From the NCBI GenBank assembly GCA_038246575.1, contig JBBRVU010000003.1, positions 3,421 through 67,420 of the forward strand: a stretch of DNA of 64,000 nt, written 5' to 3'. A program made the translations under genes and the position numbers. This DNA comes from Actinomycetes bacterium. GTDB taxonomy: Bacteria; Actinomycetota; Actinomycetes; JACCUZ01. A model generated the notes under the pieces. It searched no databases, was not told where the DNA came from, and was given only the letters and a program-made list of their open reading frames with translations. Below are positions 17,906-27,121 of this stretch, in pieces (position 1 is the first letter of the stretch; the number at the start of each line of letters is the position of its first letter).

Positions 17906-18874
17906 TCAGGAAATGCGTTGCTCGCCTAGATGGTGCAGGCAGGTCTCTACCAGGACATCCAGGGCCATCTCCGCGTCCAGCCAGCTGATCCGCTGGTCTC
18001 GGCGGAACCAGGACTCCTGACGGCGGGCGAAGCGCCGGGTGGCCCGGACGGTGTCGTCGCGGGCCTGCTCCGGCGTCCAGTCCCCGTCGAGGTGGCGCAG
18101 GACCTGGGCATAGCCCAGCGCCCGCGACGACGTGCGGCCCTCGCGGAGCCCCGCCCGCTCCAGCCCGCGTACCTCGTCGACGAGCCCGCGCTCCCACATC
18201 CGCGCGACCCGGGCCTCGATGCGCTCGTCGAGACGCGCCCGGTCCAGCTCCAGCCCCAGGGTCACGGTCGGACGGACGTACGCGGGCTCGGGCAGGCTGG
18301 CCACGAACGGGGACCCGGTGATCTCGATGACCTCCAGGGCCCGCACGATGCGTCGCCCGTTGCTCGCCAGGATCCGCGACGCCGCCGCTGGATCTCGGTC
18401 GACGAGCCGCTGGTGGAGCACGCCTGGTCCGACCTCGGCGAGCTCGGCCTCGAGCCGGGACCGGACGCCGGCGTCGGTCCCCGGGATGTCGAGGTCGTCG
18501 ACCGCGGCCCGGACGTAGAGCCCGGAGCCTCCGACCAGCACCGCGACGTGTCCCCGGCTGGTGATGTCGCCGATCGCGTCCCGCGCCATCCGCTGGTAGC
18601 CCGCGACGTTCGCCGGCTCGCGGACGTCCCACACGTCGAGCAGGTGGTGGGCGATCCCGCCTCTCTCGGCGTCGGTGAGCTTGGCGGTGCCGATGTCCAG
18701 CCCGCGATAGAGCTGCATCGAGTCTGCGTTGACGACCTCGCCACCCAGACGCCGGGCGAGTGCCACCCCCAGGTCGCTCTTCCCGGTGGCGGTGGCACCC
18801 ACGACGGCCAGCAGTGGCCTGACGGCGGGCTGCTCGGGGGCGGGAGTCACGGGACCGCAGTCTCGCGCACCCAC
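17906..18874 (-). CDS. miaA: tRNA dimethylallyltransferase
   Basis: LLAVVGATATGKSDLGVALARRLGGEVVNADSMQLYRGLDIGTAK...HHLLD. The exact start is uncertain. Confidence 0.9.
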   Translation of the reverse strand: MGARDCGPVTPAPEQPAVRPLLAVVGATATGKSDLGVALARRLGGEVVNADSMQLYRGLDIGTAKLTDAERGGIAHHLLDVWDVREPANVAGYQRMARDAIGDITSRGHVAVLVGGSGLYVRAAVDDLDIPGTDAGVRSRLEAELAEVGPGVLHQRLVDRDPAAASRILASNGRRIVRALEVIEITGSPFVASLPEPAYVRPTVTLGLELDRARLDERIEARVARMWERGLVDEVRGLERAGLREGRTSSRALGYAQVLRHLDGDWTPEQARDDTVRATRRFARRQESWFRRDQRISWLDAEMALDVLVETCLHHLGEQRIS

Positions 18875-18899
18875 ATGGGATCGGGACTAGCGTGGTGGC

Positions 18900-19124
18900 A
18901 TGGGAATGTTCGACAACATCAAGAAGAAGGCCGAGCAGGCCGTGGACGAGCACGGCGACAAGATCGCGGGAGGGATGGACAAGGCGGCCGGAATGGCCGA
19001 CAAGAAGACCGGCGGCAAGCACTCGGACAAGATCGACTCCGGGGTCGCCAAGGCCAAGGACGCGCTCGACAAGCTCGACGGCCGCGACGACGACATCCCG
19101 AACCACCCGCCCCGCCGTCCCTGA
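18900..19124 (+). CDS. Small MT0933-like 'antitoxin' family protein (74 aa)
   Basis: MGMFDNIKKKAEQAVDEHGDKIAGGMDKAAGMADKKTGGKHSDKIDSGVAKAKDALDKLDG resembles the actinobacterial MT0933/PF14013-type small proteins, judged from memory. GC3 is strong. Confidence 0.65.
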   Translation: MGMFDNIKKKAEQAVDEHGDKIAGGMDKAAGMADKKTGGKHSDKIDSGVAKAKDALDKLDGRDDDIPNHPPRRP

Positions 19125-19154
19125 CGGGACCACCCAGCCCGAGCTGACCCCGAG

Positions 19155-19961
19155 CTAGCCGGCGGGGTCCCGGGCGACCCACCTCGCGACGACATAGGCC
19201 ACACCGAACGGGGCGCCGCTCCAGGTCACTGACGCGTCCAGGGCCAGCCCGCGGGCGGCCCCGGCCAGCACCTGCCACGGCGCCCGGCCTGCGGCGAGCA
19301 GCTCCTCGGCGAGGTCGGCGTCGAGCGCCGCGAGCGCCGCGGTGTCACCGGTGCGCAAGGCGGCCGCCGCGACGTCGTCGAACGGCTCGGCCCGCGGGTC
19401 CAGGTATCCCGGCCCCTTGGGGGTCCGGCGGGCGCTGCCGTCGCCCATGACGAGCAGCCCCACCCGGTCGGCCCGCCCGGCCAGCGCCTCGCCCAGATCC
19501 AGGCACCGCTGCGGCCCGGCATCCGAAGGGACCCCGAAGCGCAGGACCTCCCCCGTTGCGCCGGCCCGGTCCAGCAGCCAGCTCCCGATGGTCAGAGCCA
19601 GCGGCAAGGTGGCCACGCCCGGGTCCTCGCCCGGGTCCTCGCCCGGGTCCTCGCCCGGGTCCTCGCCCGGCCCGTCGTCCGGCGGCGGGTCACCGGGTCC
19701 GTACGCCCGCAGGCTCCCGCGGGCCGACTCGGGGTAAGGCCCCACCGCCGGCGCGGAGCCGACCACGATCACGATGTCGGTGTCGACCGCGAGGAGCGCC
19801 GAGACGGCCGCAGCAACGGCGGCGCGCAGACCGTCGAGCTCACCCGAGGCGCCCGTACCGACCCCGGGGACGAGCAGGGGCGGATGTGGACACACCGTGG
19901 CTGCGACGAACACGGTCGGCCAACCTAGGCCACGCTGTGGTCCCGAGGCACCCCCCGCCAT
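19155..19961 (-). CDS. LigB / class III extradiol dioxygenase subunit B-like protein (uncharacterised)
   Basis: VFVAATVCPHPPLLVPG...IVIVVGSAP... ATG at 19961 was chosen so that the gene does not overlap miaB. Contains a (PGED)4 repeat. Confidence 0.6.
   Translation of the reverse strand: MAGGASGPQRGLGWPTVFVAATVCPHPPLLVPGVGTGASGELDGLRAAVAAAVSALLAVDTDIVIVVGSAPAVGPYPESARGSLRAYGPGDPPPDDGPGEDPGEDPGEDPGEDPGVATLPLALTIGSWLLDRAGATGEVLRFGVPSDAGPQRCLDLGEALAGRADRVGLLVMGDGSARRTPKGPGYLDPRAEPFDDVAAAALRTGDTAALAALDADLAEELLAAGRAPWQVLAGAARGLALDASVTWSGAPFGVAYVVARWVARDPAG
19617..19664. repeat. Perfect 12-bp tandem repeat (GCCCGGGTCCTC)x4, in frame
   Basis: Four exact copies followed by a partial fifth. They encode GEDPGEDPGEDPGEDPG in the LigB-like protein. 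Confidence 0.95.
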
Positions 19962-19995
19962 GGACCACGCCCCCGGCGGCGGGTCGGGCAGCGGT

Positions 19996-21453
19996 CTAGC
20001 GGCGCACCGCGGGCATTCCCAGCAGGACCTCGGAGGCGGGCTCCGGGGCGGCCCCGGCCGGCTGGTCCTGACGCGCCTGCCACGCATCACCCGCGCGAGT
20101 GCGCCGGACGCCTCCGAACGCCCCATCGGCCACCAGATGGTGCGGCGCCGCATGGGTCACCTCGACCGTCACGACATCACCGGGACGCGGCGCCGCGACG
20201 TCCGACGGAACCTCGAAATGCACCAGCCGGTTGTCCGGCGCGCGGCCCGAGAGCCGGTGGGTCGCCCCGTCCTTGCGGCCCTCGCCCTCGGCCGTGAGCA
20301 CCTCGAGGGTGCGGCCCAACAACTGCTTGTTCTCGTCCCAGGACACCTCGCCCTGCAGTGCGGCGAGCCGCCCGTACCGTTCGGTGACCACCTCGTGGGG
20401 CACCTGATCGGGCAGCGTCGCGGCCGGGGTGCCAGGACGTCTTGAGTACTGGAACGTGAACGCCCCGGAGAACCGTGCCTGCCGCACGACCTCGAGGGTG
20501 TCCTCGAAGTCGGCGTCGGTCTCACCGGGAAAGCCGACGATGATGTCGGTGGTGATGGCGGCCTCGGGCATCGCGACGCGGACCCGGTCGATGATGCCGA
20601 GGTAGCGGTCTCGCCGGTAGGACCGGCGCATCGCCTTGAGCACGTCGTCCGAGCCGGACTGCAGCGGCATGTGCAGCGAGTGCATGACGTTGGGCGTCTC
20701 GGCCATCGCGGCGATCACGTCGTCGGTGAAGTCCTTGGGATGCGGCGAGGTGAAGCGCACCCGCTCCAGGCCCTCGACCTCGCCGCACGTGCGCAGCAGC
20801 TTGCCGAAGGCGAGGCGGTCGCCGAACTCCACGCCGTAGGAGTTGACGTTCTGACCGAGCAGCGTCACCTCGAGCACGCCCTCGGCGACGACCGCCTCGA
20901 CCTCCGCAAGCACGTCACCGGGGCGGCGGTCCTTCTCGGTTCCGCGCAGCGAGGGCACGATGCAGAACGTGCAGGTGTTGTTGCAACCGACGCTGATCGA
21001 CACCCACGCGGCGTACGCGGACTCGCGCCGGGTCGGCAGCGTCGACGGGAACACCTCGAGCGACTCGAGGATCTCGACCTGCGCCTCCTCGTTGTGCCGG
21101 GCGCGTTCGAGCAGCGTGGGCAGCGACCCGATGTTGTGGGTGCCGAAGACGACGTCGACCCACGGCGCGCGCCGGGTGATCTCGCCCCGGTCCTTCTGCG
21201 CGAGACAGCCGCCGACCGCGATCTGCATCCCGGGGTTCGCCTTCTTCACCGGCGCCAGGTGACCGAGGTTGCCGTAGAGCCGGTTGTCAGCGTTCTCGCG
21301 GACCGCACAGGTGTTGAACACGACCACGTCGGGCTGGGCATCGCCGACGGCCCGGACGTAGCCGGCGCTCTCCAGCAGGCCGGTCAGCCGCTCGGAGTCG
21401 TGCACATTCATCTGGCACCCGTAGGTGCGGACCTGGTAGCTGCGCGCGCTCAT
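19996..21453 (-). CDS. miaB: tRNA-i6A37 methylthiotransferase
   Basis: [17 protein letters not shown]...[13 protein letters not shown] (radical-SAM CxxxCxxC) followed by a TRAM domain. ATG at 21453. Confidence 0.93.
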   Translation of the reverse strand: MSARSYQVRTYGCQMNVHDSERLTGLLESAGYVRAVGDAQPDVVVFNTCAVRENADNRLYGNLGHLAPVKKANPGMQIAVGGCLAQKDRGEITRRAPWVDVVFGTHNIGSLPTLLERARHNEEAQVEILESLEVFPSTLPTRRESAYAAWVSISVGCNNTCTFCIVPSLRGTEKDRRPGDVLAEVEAVVAEGVLEVTLLGQNVNSYGVEFGDRLAFGKLLRTCGEVEGLERVRFTSPHPKDFTDDVIAAMAETPNVMHSLHMPLQSGSDDVLKAMRRSYRRDRYLGIIDRVRVAMPEAAITTDIIVGFPGETDADFEDTLEVVRQARFSGAFTFQYSRRPGTPAATLPDQVPHEVVTERYGRLAALQGEVSWDENKQLLGRTLEVLTAEGEGRKDGATHRLSGRAPDNRLVHFEVPSDVAAPRPGDVVTVEVTHAAPHHLVADGAFGGVRRTRAGDAWQARQDQPAGAAPEPASEVLLGMPAVRR

Positions 21454-21454
21454 G

Positions 21455-21505
21455 ACCACCACAGGCTACGGCCGCGCGCTGCGCGCGGCCGTAGCCTGTG
21501 GTGGT
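21455..21505. repeat. Perfect 24-bp inverted repeat with a 3-nt loop, 1 nt from the miaB ATG
   Basis: accaccacaggctacggccgcgcg-ctg-cgcgcggccgtagcctgtggtggt. Each arm carries a TAGCCT (-10-like) hexamer facing outward. Confidence 0.95.
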
Positions 21506-21594
21506 GCCTGCGCATCACCGCTAGGTAACGGTCCGGATCGTTTTGTCCGCTCATAGTGGCCCCTTCACGCTTCGCCCCGCTAGGTTCCTGAGGC

Positions 21595-22377
21595 ATGACC
21601 GCGAACCCCGCCGAGACCTCGGCTGCCTCCAGGGGCACCGGCGAAGCGCTTGTCGTGCTCGACGACGTCAACAAGCACTACGGCGAGCTGCACGTCCTCA
21701 AGGACATCGACCTGACCGTCCACCGCGGCGAGGTCGTGGTCGTGATCGGCCCGTCCGGGTCGGGAAAGTCGACCCTGTGCCGCACCATCAACCGGCTCGA
21801 GCCCGTCGACTCCGGCACGATCACCCTCGACGGTCAGCCACTGCCCGCCGAAGGCAAGGAGCTCGCTCGGCTGCGCTCCGAGGTCGGCATGGTCTTCCAG
21901 TCCTTCAACCTCTTCGCGCACAAGACGGTGCTGCAGAACGTCACGCTGGGGCCGATCAAGGTCCGCGGCGTCGACAAGGCAGCCGCGGAGAAGCGGGGCC
22001 GCGAGCTGCTCGACCGGGTCGGTGTGGGCGCCCAGGCCGACAAGTACCCCGCCCAGCTCTCCGGCGGTCAGCAGCAGCGGGTGGCGATCGCCCGGGCGCT
22101 GGCGATGGAGCCCAAGGTCATGCTCTTCGACGAGCCCACCTCGGCGCTGGACCCGGAGATGATCAACGAGGTCCTCGAGGCGATGGTCAGCCTTGCCGAG
22201 GACGGCATGACGATGGTCGTGGTCACCCACGAGATGGGCTTCGCCCGCCGCGCGGCCGACCGCGTCGTCTTCATGGACGACGGTGCGATCGTCGAGGAAG
22301 CCACCCCTGAGGAGTTCTTCACCAACGCCCAGAGCGACCGGGCGAAGGACTTCCTCTCCAAGATTCTCAGTCACTGA
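21595..22377 (+). CDS. gluA: Polar amino-acid (glutamate) ABC transporter ATP-binding protein
   Basis: [15 protein letters not shown]...[17 protein letters not shown]...[13 protein letters not shown]. Confidence 0.9.
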   Translation: MTANPAETSAASRGTGEALVVLDDVNKHYGELHVLKDIDLTVHRGEVVVVIGPSGSGKSTLCRTINRLEPVDSGTITLDGQPLPAEGKELARLRSEVGMVFQSFNLFAHKTVLQNVTLGPIKVRGVDKAAAEKRGRELLDRVGVGAQADKYPAQLSGGQQQRVAIARALAMEPKVMLFDEPTSALDPEMINEVLEAMVSLAEDGMTMVVVTHEMGFARRAADRVVFMDDGAIVEEATPEEFFTNAQSDRAKDFLSKILSH

Positions 22378-22406
22378 GTGAAACAGCCCCGAAGAGAAGA
22401 GGACGG

Positions 22407-23285
22407 ATGAGAAGCAGAAGCATCAAGACGTTCGCCGTAGCGGCGACGCTGGCGTTTGGCCTGGCCGCCTGCGGTGGCAGCGACGGCGGCGCGGTCACCG
22501 ACGTGGCCAAGGACGCCAAGTTCGACGCCGGAACCACGATGGCCAAGCTGAACAAGGCCGGCAAGATGAAGTTCGGGGTGAAGTTCGACCAGCCGGGCAT
22601 CGGCTTCCGCGAGCCCGGCGCCGACGCGCCGACCGGTTTCGACATCGAGATCGCCAAGATCATCGCGGCGAAGCTCGGCATCGACCCGGCCAACATCGAG
22701 TGGACCGAGACCGTCTCGAAGAACCGTGAGCCGTTCCTGCAGAACGGCACCGTCGACATGGTCGCCGCAAGCTACTCGATCACCGATGAGCGTCGGGGCG
22801 TGGTCGGTCAGGCCGGTCCCTACTACGTGACGGGGCAGCAGCTGCTGGTGCGCAAGGACGACGACAGCATCAACGGCCCGGACGACCTGTCCGGCAAGAA
22901 GGTCTGCTCGGTGACGGGTTCGACGTCGATCGCCACCGTCGAGGAGAAGTACGGCGCGCAGCCGGCTCCCTTCGCGACGTACAGCGAGTGCGTGCAGAAC
23001 CTGCTCAACAGCCAGGTCGACGCGGTCACCACTGACGGCGCGATCCTGCTGGGATACGCCGCGCAGAACCCCGACGAGCTCAAGGTCGTCGGTGACGCGT
23101 TCAGCGAGGAGCGCTACGGCATCGGGTACGCGAAGGACGACACCGCGATGTGTGACTTCCTGAACACGACGCTGCAGGAGGCCTTCGACGACGGCTCCTG
23201 GAAGGAGGCGTTCGACAAGACGCTGGGTGGGTCCGGGGACGAAGCCCCCGAGCCGCCCAAGCTCGACGCGAACTGCGCCGCCTGA
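22407..23285 (+). CDS. gluB: Glutamate/amino-acid ABC substrate-binding lipoprotein
   Basis: Lipobox LAACGG, followed by a family-3 SBP-like sequence. Confidence 0.85.
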   Translation: MRSRSIKTFAVAATLAFGLAACGGSDGGAVTDVAKDAKFDAGTTMAKLNKAGKMKFGVKFDQPGIGFREPGADAPTGFDIEIAKIIAAKLGIDPANIEWTETVSKNREPFLQNGTVDMVAASYSITDERRGVVGQAGPYYVTGQQLLVRKDDDSINGPDDLSGKKVCSVTGSTSIATVEEKYGAQPAPFATYSECVQNLLNSQVDAVTTDGAILLGYAAQNPDELKVVGDAFSEERYGIGYAKDDTAMCDFLNTTLQEAFDDGSWKEAFDKTLGGSGDEAPEPPKLDANCAA

Positions 23286-23381
23286 TCGATTGACCGCATG
23301 ACCGGTGGGGTCGGCCCGACAGGCCGACCCCACCGGGCAGTCACTGAACACAACCGGCTGAGGGGAAGGAGAACGCGCCGC

Positions 23382-24029
23382 ATGGAGGTCGTGATCGACA
23401 ACCTGCCGGTCATCCTGCGCGGGTTCGCCAAGACCCTGCAGCTGCTCGGCGCGTCGGCACTGATCGCCGTCGTCCTGGGCGTCGTGCTGGCCGCGATGCG
23501 AGTGGCGCCGGTCGCCGTGATGCGCGGGGTCGGCACGACGTACGTCAACGTCTTTCGCAACATCCCCCTCCTGCTGCTGTTCCTCATCACCACCCAGGGC
23601 GTGCCGGTCGTGGTCAAGGGGCTCTCGTTCTTCACCCTCGCGGTCGCCGCGTTGAGCCTCTACACCGCCGCGTTCATCTGCGAGGCCGTCCGGTCGGGCA
23701 TCAACTCGGTCAACGTCGGGCAGGCCGAGGCCGCCCGCGCCGTCGGGATGACCTTCAGCCAGACGATGACCTCGATCGTGCTGCCCCAGGCCGTTCGCTC
23801 GGTGATCCCGCCGCTGGCGAGCATCCTCATCGCCCTGACGAAGAACACCGCCATCGCCGAGGTGTTCGGCATCACCGAGGCCACGTATCGCCTCGACGAC
23901 CTCGGGCGGCAGTTCCCCGGCTCGCTGTACTGGCTGTTCGCCGGTATCTCCCTCGGCTACATCCTCATCGTCTTCAGCATCTCCGGCATCGGCCAGGTCC
24001 TCGAGCGGCGGCTGGTGGTGCTGCGATGA
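23382..24029 (+). CDS. gluC: Amino-acid ABC transporter permease
   Basis: His/Glu/Gln/Arg-type permease with an EAA-like motif GQAEAARAVGM. ATG at 23382 follows SD AGGGGAAGGAG. Confidence 0.85.
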   Translation: MEVVIDNLPVILRGFAKTLQLLGASALIAVVLGVVLAAMRVAPVAVMRGVGTTYVNVFRNIPLLLLFLITTQGVPVVVKGLSFFTLAVAALSLYTAAFICEAVRSGINSVNVGQAEAARAVGMTFSQTMTSIVLPQAVRSVIPPLASILIALTKNTAIAEVFGITEATYRLDDLGRQFPGSLYWLFAGISLGYILIVFSISGIGQVLERRLVVLR

Positions 24030-24865
24030 GCGCCTCCGTCCTCTACGACGTCCCCGGCCCCAACTCGGCGCGCCGGCACCGGCTCTACGCCGTCATCACC
24101 GTCGTCGTCCTGGTCGCGATCGCGATCTGGTTGGGCCTCGTGCTGGCCGATCGCGGCCAGTTCGACGCCGGGAAGTGGAACTTTCTGCAGCGCGAGAGCA
24201 CTTACCGCGCGCTTCGCGTCGGCTTCACCAACACGTTCAAGGCGGCGATCGTCGCGATCGCTCTGGCGCTGGCCTTCGGCGCCGCCTTCGCGGCGGGGCG
24301 GCTGTCCGACCGGCGGTGGCTGCGGTGGCCGTCGGTCGTGGTCATCGAGTTCTTCCGCGCGGTTCCGCTGCTGTTGCTGATCCTGTTCATCTTCCTGGCG
24401 TACGCGAGCCCCCTGGGCCGCTTCTGGTCCCTCGTGCTGGCACTGATGCTCTACAACGGCTCAGTCCTGGCCGAGATCTTCCGGGCCGGCATCGCGTCGG
24501 TGCCGCGCGGCCAGGCCGAGGCGGCCTACGCCCTCGGGATGCGCAAGTGGCAGGTCATGACCTTCGTGCTCATCCCGCAGTCGGTGCGCATCATGCTGCC
24601 GGCGCTCATCAGCCAGAGCGTGGTGGCGCTCAAGGACACGTCCCTGGGATTCATCATCAGCTACCAGGAGGCGGTGCGGGTCACCTCGGCACTGTTCAAC
24701 GTGTCGAACAACCCGTTGCAGGCCGGGCTGGTCGTGGCCGCCATCTTCGTGCTCATCAACTACGGGCTCTCCCGGCTCGCGGTCGTGGTCGAGGCCCGGC
24801 AGCGCCGTCAGCCCGGTGCGCAGCCCGGTGCGGGAACCCCGGCCGTCCCGAGCGAAGGGGTCTGA
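24026..24865 (+). CDS. gluD: Amino-acid ABC transporter permease
   Basis: GQAEAAYALGMRKWQ motif. Its ATG overlaps the gluC stop. Confidence 0.85.
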   Translation: MSASVLYDVPGPNSARRHRLYAVITVVVLVAIAIWLGLVLADRGQFDAGKWNFLQRESTYRALRVGFTNTFKAAIVAIALALAFGAAFAAGRLSDRRWLRWPSVVVIEFFRAVPLLLLILFIFLAYASPLGRFWSLVLALMLYNGSVLAEIFRAGIASVPRGQAEAAYALGMRKWQVMTFVLIPQSVRIMLPALISQSVVALKDTSLGFIISYQEAVRVTSALFNVSNNPLQAGLVVAAIFVLINYGLSRLAVVVEARQRRQPGAQPGAGTPAVPSEGV

Positions 24866-24886
24866 GCAGACGTTCGGCCCGCTGGC

Positions 24887-25429
24887 TCATGTCCAGCCGT
24901 GGTCGCGGCGCAGCGCGTCGGCAACCGGCTCGAACCGCGACTGGTCGAGAACTGCGCCCTCGCGCCGGATGCCGTCCTCGGTCATCTCCAGCACCCGGTC
25001 GAGGCGGACCCAGCTGGGCCGGCCCTCGCGGTCCCAGCCACCGGTTCCGATGCCGAGCCAACCGGGCTCGCCGTCGTGGTCGGACTGGCTGGACAGCATC
25101 AGGCCGAGCAACGATTGGTCGTCTCGCCCCACGACCAGCACCGGGCGGTCCTTGCCGCGGCTGGCGTCCTCCTCGTACGGCACCCAGGTCCACACGATCT
25201 CGCCGGGGTCGGCCCGGCCGTCGAGGTCGGGCGCATAACCGACGGTCCTGCCCGCCTGCTCCCCCGTCGGGGCGGACCGCGCGGCCTTGGCTGGCCCCGT
25301 CTGGAGCCGACCTTCGCCACCCGACCCGGCTCGCCCCCGCGCGCCCCGTGCCTCGCGCAACACTCTCGGACCCTCGCGGACCGCGATGCGCAGCGCGCGG
25401 CTGGCGAGGCTGCGCCAGGGACTGGCCAT
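24887..25429 (-). CDS. PemK/MazF-like (SH3-fold) protein with a long Arg/Gly-rich N-terminal extension
   Basis: GEIVWTWVPYEEDASRGKDRPVLVVG...SWVRLDRVLE resembles actinobacterial 'PemK family' proteins. No adjacent antitoxin ORF is present. Confidence 0.55.
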   Translation of the reverse strand: MASPWRSLASRALRIAVREGPRVLREARGARGRAGSGGEGRLQTGPAKAARSAPTGEQAGRTVGYAPDLDGRADPGEIVWTWVPYEEDASRGKDRPVLVVGRDDQSLLGLMLSSQSDHDGEPGWLGIGTGGWDREGRPSWVRLDRVLEMTEDGIRREGAVLDQSRFEPVADALRRDHGWT

Positions 25430-25517
25430 CCCGCGACCCTAGCGGGGGGGCCGCAGATCGCGGTGGCCGCTCCCGCCACCCTGGAGGTGCCCAGCTCAGC
25501 GGAAAGGACCTCTTCTC

Positions 25518-25931
25518 GTGCCTGTCGGGCTCCTCGTCAGTGTCGTCCTGCTGGGTGTGTGCACGGTGTGCGCGATCTGGCCGCTGCCCAGCCACGGACC
25601 GGTCGGCCACGCAAGGCCTGGGTCCGGACCCACGGGACCGACTACGGGGCTGATCCCGACGCGGTGTTCGTCGCCGTCAACTCCGCCGGCGGGAACCTCG
25701 CTGCCTTCGCGGCGCTGACCCCGAACCAACCGGAGTACCAGCCCGGCTTCACCGACGTCGACACATCGGTCTCCGCCGCGATCGGCATCTACGGCTACTA
25801 CGGCCGGACCGAGGCCGACCGACCCGACGTCAGCCCGTTGGCTCACATCGGCACCAACGCCGCGCCGTTCCTCCTCGCTGCGCGAGGCGTGGAGCAGCCG
25901 GTGGTCTACACCGAGCTCCCCGGCGCCCGTA
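25518..25931 (+). pseudogene. Decayed alpha/beta-hydrolase (esterase/lipase-like) remnant
   Basis: An N-terminal TM piece (VPVGLLVSVVLLGV...) sits in one frame. A second frame carries WVRTHGTDYGADPDAVFVAVNSAGGNLAAFAALTP...PFLLAARGVEQPVVYTELPGA. The nucleophile elbow is degenerate (NSAGG), there are large internal gaps, and no continuous ORF remains. Confidence 0.55.
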
Positions 25932-25932
25932 G

Positions 25933-26565
25933 TCAGCTCTCATCGGTGCAACGATCTCCGTGGCCGGGCAGTGACGGCGTTCCACGAAGCGCTGACTCCA
26001 GCATCGACAGAGCAGACCACCGCATGGTCGCAGCGGCTTCTTCGCGCGTCAGGCCGCCGATGTCGGTCAACCACACGAGCGCTTCAATGCCGGTCGCGCT
26101 GCGGATGGCGCGTGCGAGGCGCTGCACGCCGCTGGTGCCGAGCCTCGGCTCGAGCGGCTCGAGCGCTTCGGCGATCCAGCCGATTCCCCGGCCGCGTCGC
26201 AGTGGCAGCCACGGGCGATCTTGCTCTAGTGAGGCGCGAAGCATGGCCCTTTGTTGTGGCTCGGTCTCGACGATCAACTCGATGAAGGCCGTGACGACGA
26301 GATCCAGGCGCGTCCGGCCGTCGCGTGGTGGCGAGTCGGGGAGCAAAGACGAGATGGTGAGCTCCGGGTGCGCTGCAACCAGTAGGTCGTCCTTCGTCGG
26401 GAAGTAGCGGTAGGCGGTGGCGCGGGACACCCGGGCACGCCGAGCAGCAGCCTCGACGGTGACCGGCGTCCCGTCGGAGACGAGTTGTCGCGCGCCATCG
26501 ACCAGCGCCTGCCACGTGCGTCGCTTCTGCCCGGCGCGGCCGCTGTCGAGGTAGCTGGTTGACAT
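25933..26565 (-). CDS. TetR family transcriptional regulator
   Basis: VTVEAAARRARVSRATAYRYFPTKDDLL. Start is ATG 26565 or 26574. Confidence 0.85.
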   Translation of the reverse strand: MSTSYLDSGRAGQKRRTWQALVDGARQLVSDGTPVTVEAAARRARVSRATAYRYFPTKDDLLVAAHPELTISSLLPDSPPRDGRTRLDLVVTAFIELIVETEPQQRAMLRASLEQDRPWLPLRRGRGIGWIAEALEPLEPRLGTSGVQRLARAIRSATGIEALVWLTDIGGLTREEAAATMRWSALSMLESALRGTPSLPGHGDRCTDES

Positions 26566-26592
26566 CACCTTCATGATACTGCATTCTCATCA

Positions 26593-26608
26593 TGAGACTA
26601 GCGTCTCA
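26593..26608. promoter_or_regulatory. Putative TetR operator TGAGAC-N4-GTCTCA
   Basis: 6-bp perfect arms lying between the divergent tetR and cupin genes. Confidence 0.45.
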
Positions 26609-26626
26609 CTAACTGAGGGAGACACG

Positions 26627-27100
26627 GTGCATACCGACACTGGCGTGGTACGAGCAGCGGATGACACCGAGGAACGGTGGTTCTACGGCGGCGGAGTGCA
26701 CCGATGGCTCGTGCGTGCAGCCGAGACAGACAACGCCTTCTTCCTGCACGAGGAACGCCTCGAGGCTGGCAAGGCGACGCCGCTGCACACACATCCTGCT
26801 GACGAGACCATGTTCGTGCTCGAGGGCGCCATCCGGATGCACATCGCTGGCGAGGAGCATCGGGTCGAAGCTGGCGGCGTGGCGGTCGCGCGGCGCGGCG
26901 TTCCGCACGCCTTCAAGGTGGTCACGGACGGCACGCGGCTGCTGTGTATGCACACCCCCGGCACCTGCGAGCACTTCTACCTGCTGGCAAGCGAACCGCT
27001 CGCGGGCGTCGAGACGGTCGTCGACTTCGACCGAGTCATGGCAGCGGCAAGAGAGACCGGGGGGATGCACCCCGTCGGGCCGCCGCCGTTCACCGACTAG
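26627..27100 (+). CDS. Cupin-domain protein
   Basis: PLHTHPADETMFVLEGAIRMHIAGEEHRVEAGGVAVARRGVPHAF. GTG at 26627 follows SD GAGGGAG. ATG at 26573 is also possible. Confidence 0.75.
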   Translation: MHTDTGVVRAADDTEERWFYGGGVHRWLVRAAETDNAFFLHEERLEAGKATPLHTHPADETMFVLEGAIRMHIAGEEHRVEAGGVAVARRGVPHAFKVVTDGTRLLCMHTPGTCEHFYLLASEPLAGVETVVDFDRVMAAARETGGMHPVGPPPFTD

Positions 27101-27121
27101 CAAGCGCGCCGGCGGGGTCGC

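Noticed and set aside
17523-19133. 536-aa minus-strand ORF overlapping ggt, miaA and the small gene
   Set aside because: It is out of frame with miaA, which has clear P-loop and family motifs. The translation is Arg/Pro/Gly-rich and meaningless.
18900-25429. Toxin-antitoxin pairing of the MT0933-like 'antitoxin' with the PemK-like 'toxin'
   Set aside because: The two genes are 5.8 kb apart, on opposite strands, and separated by housekeeping genes. I treated them as independent orphans.
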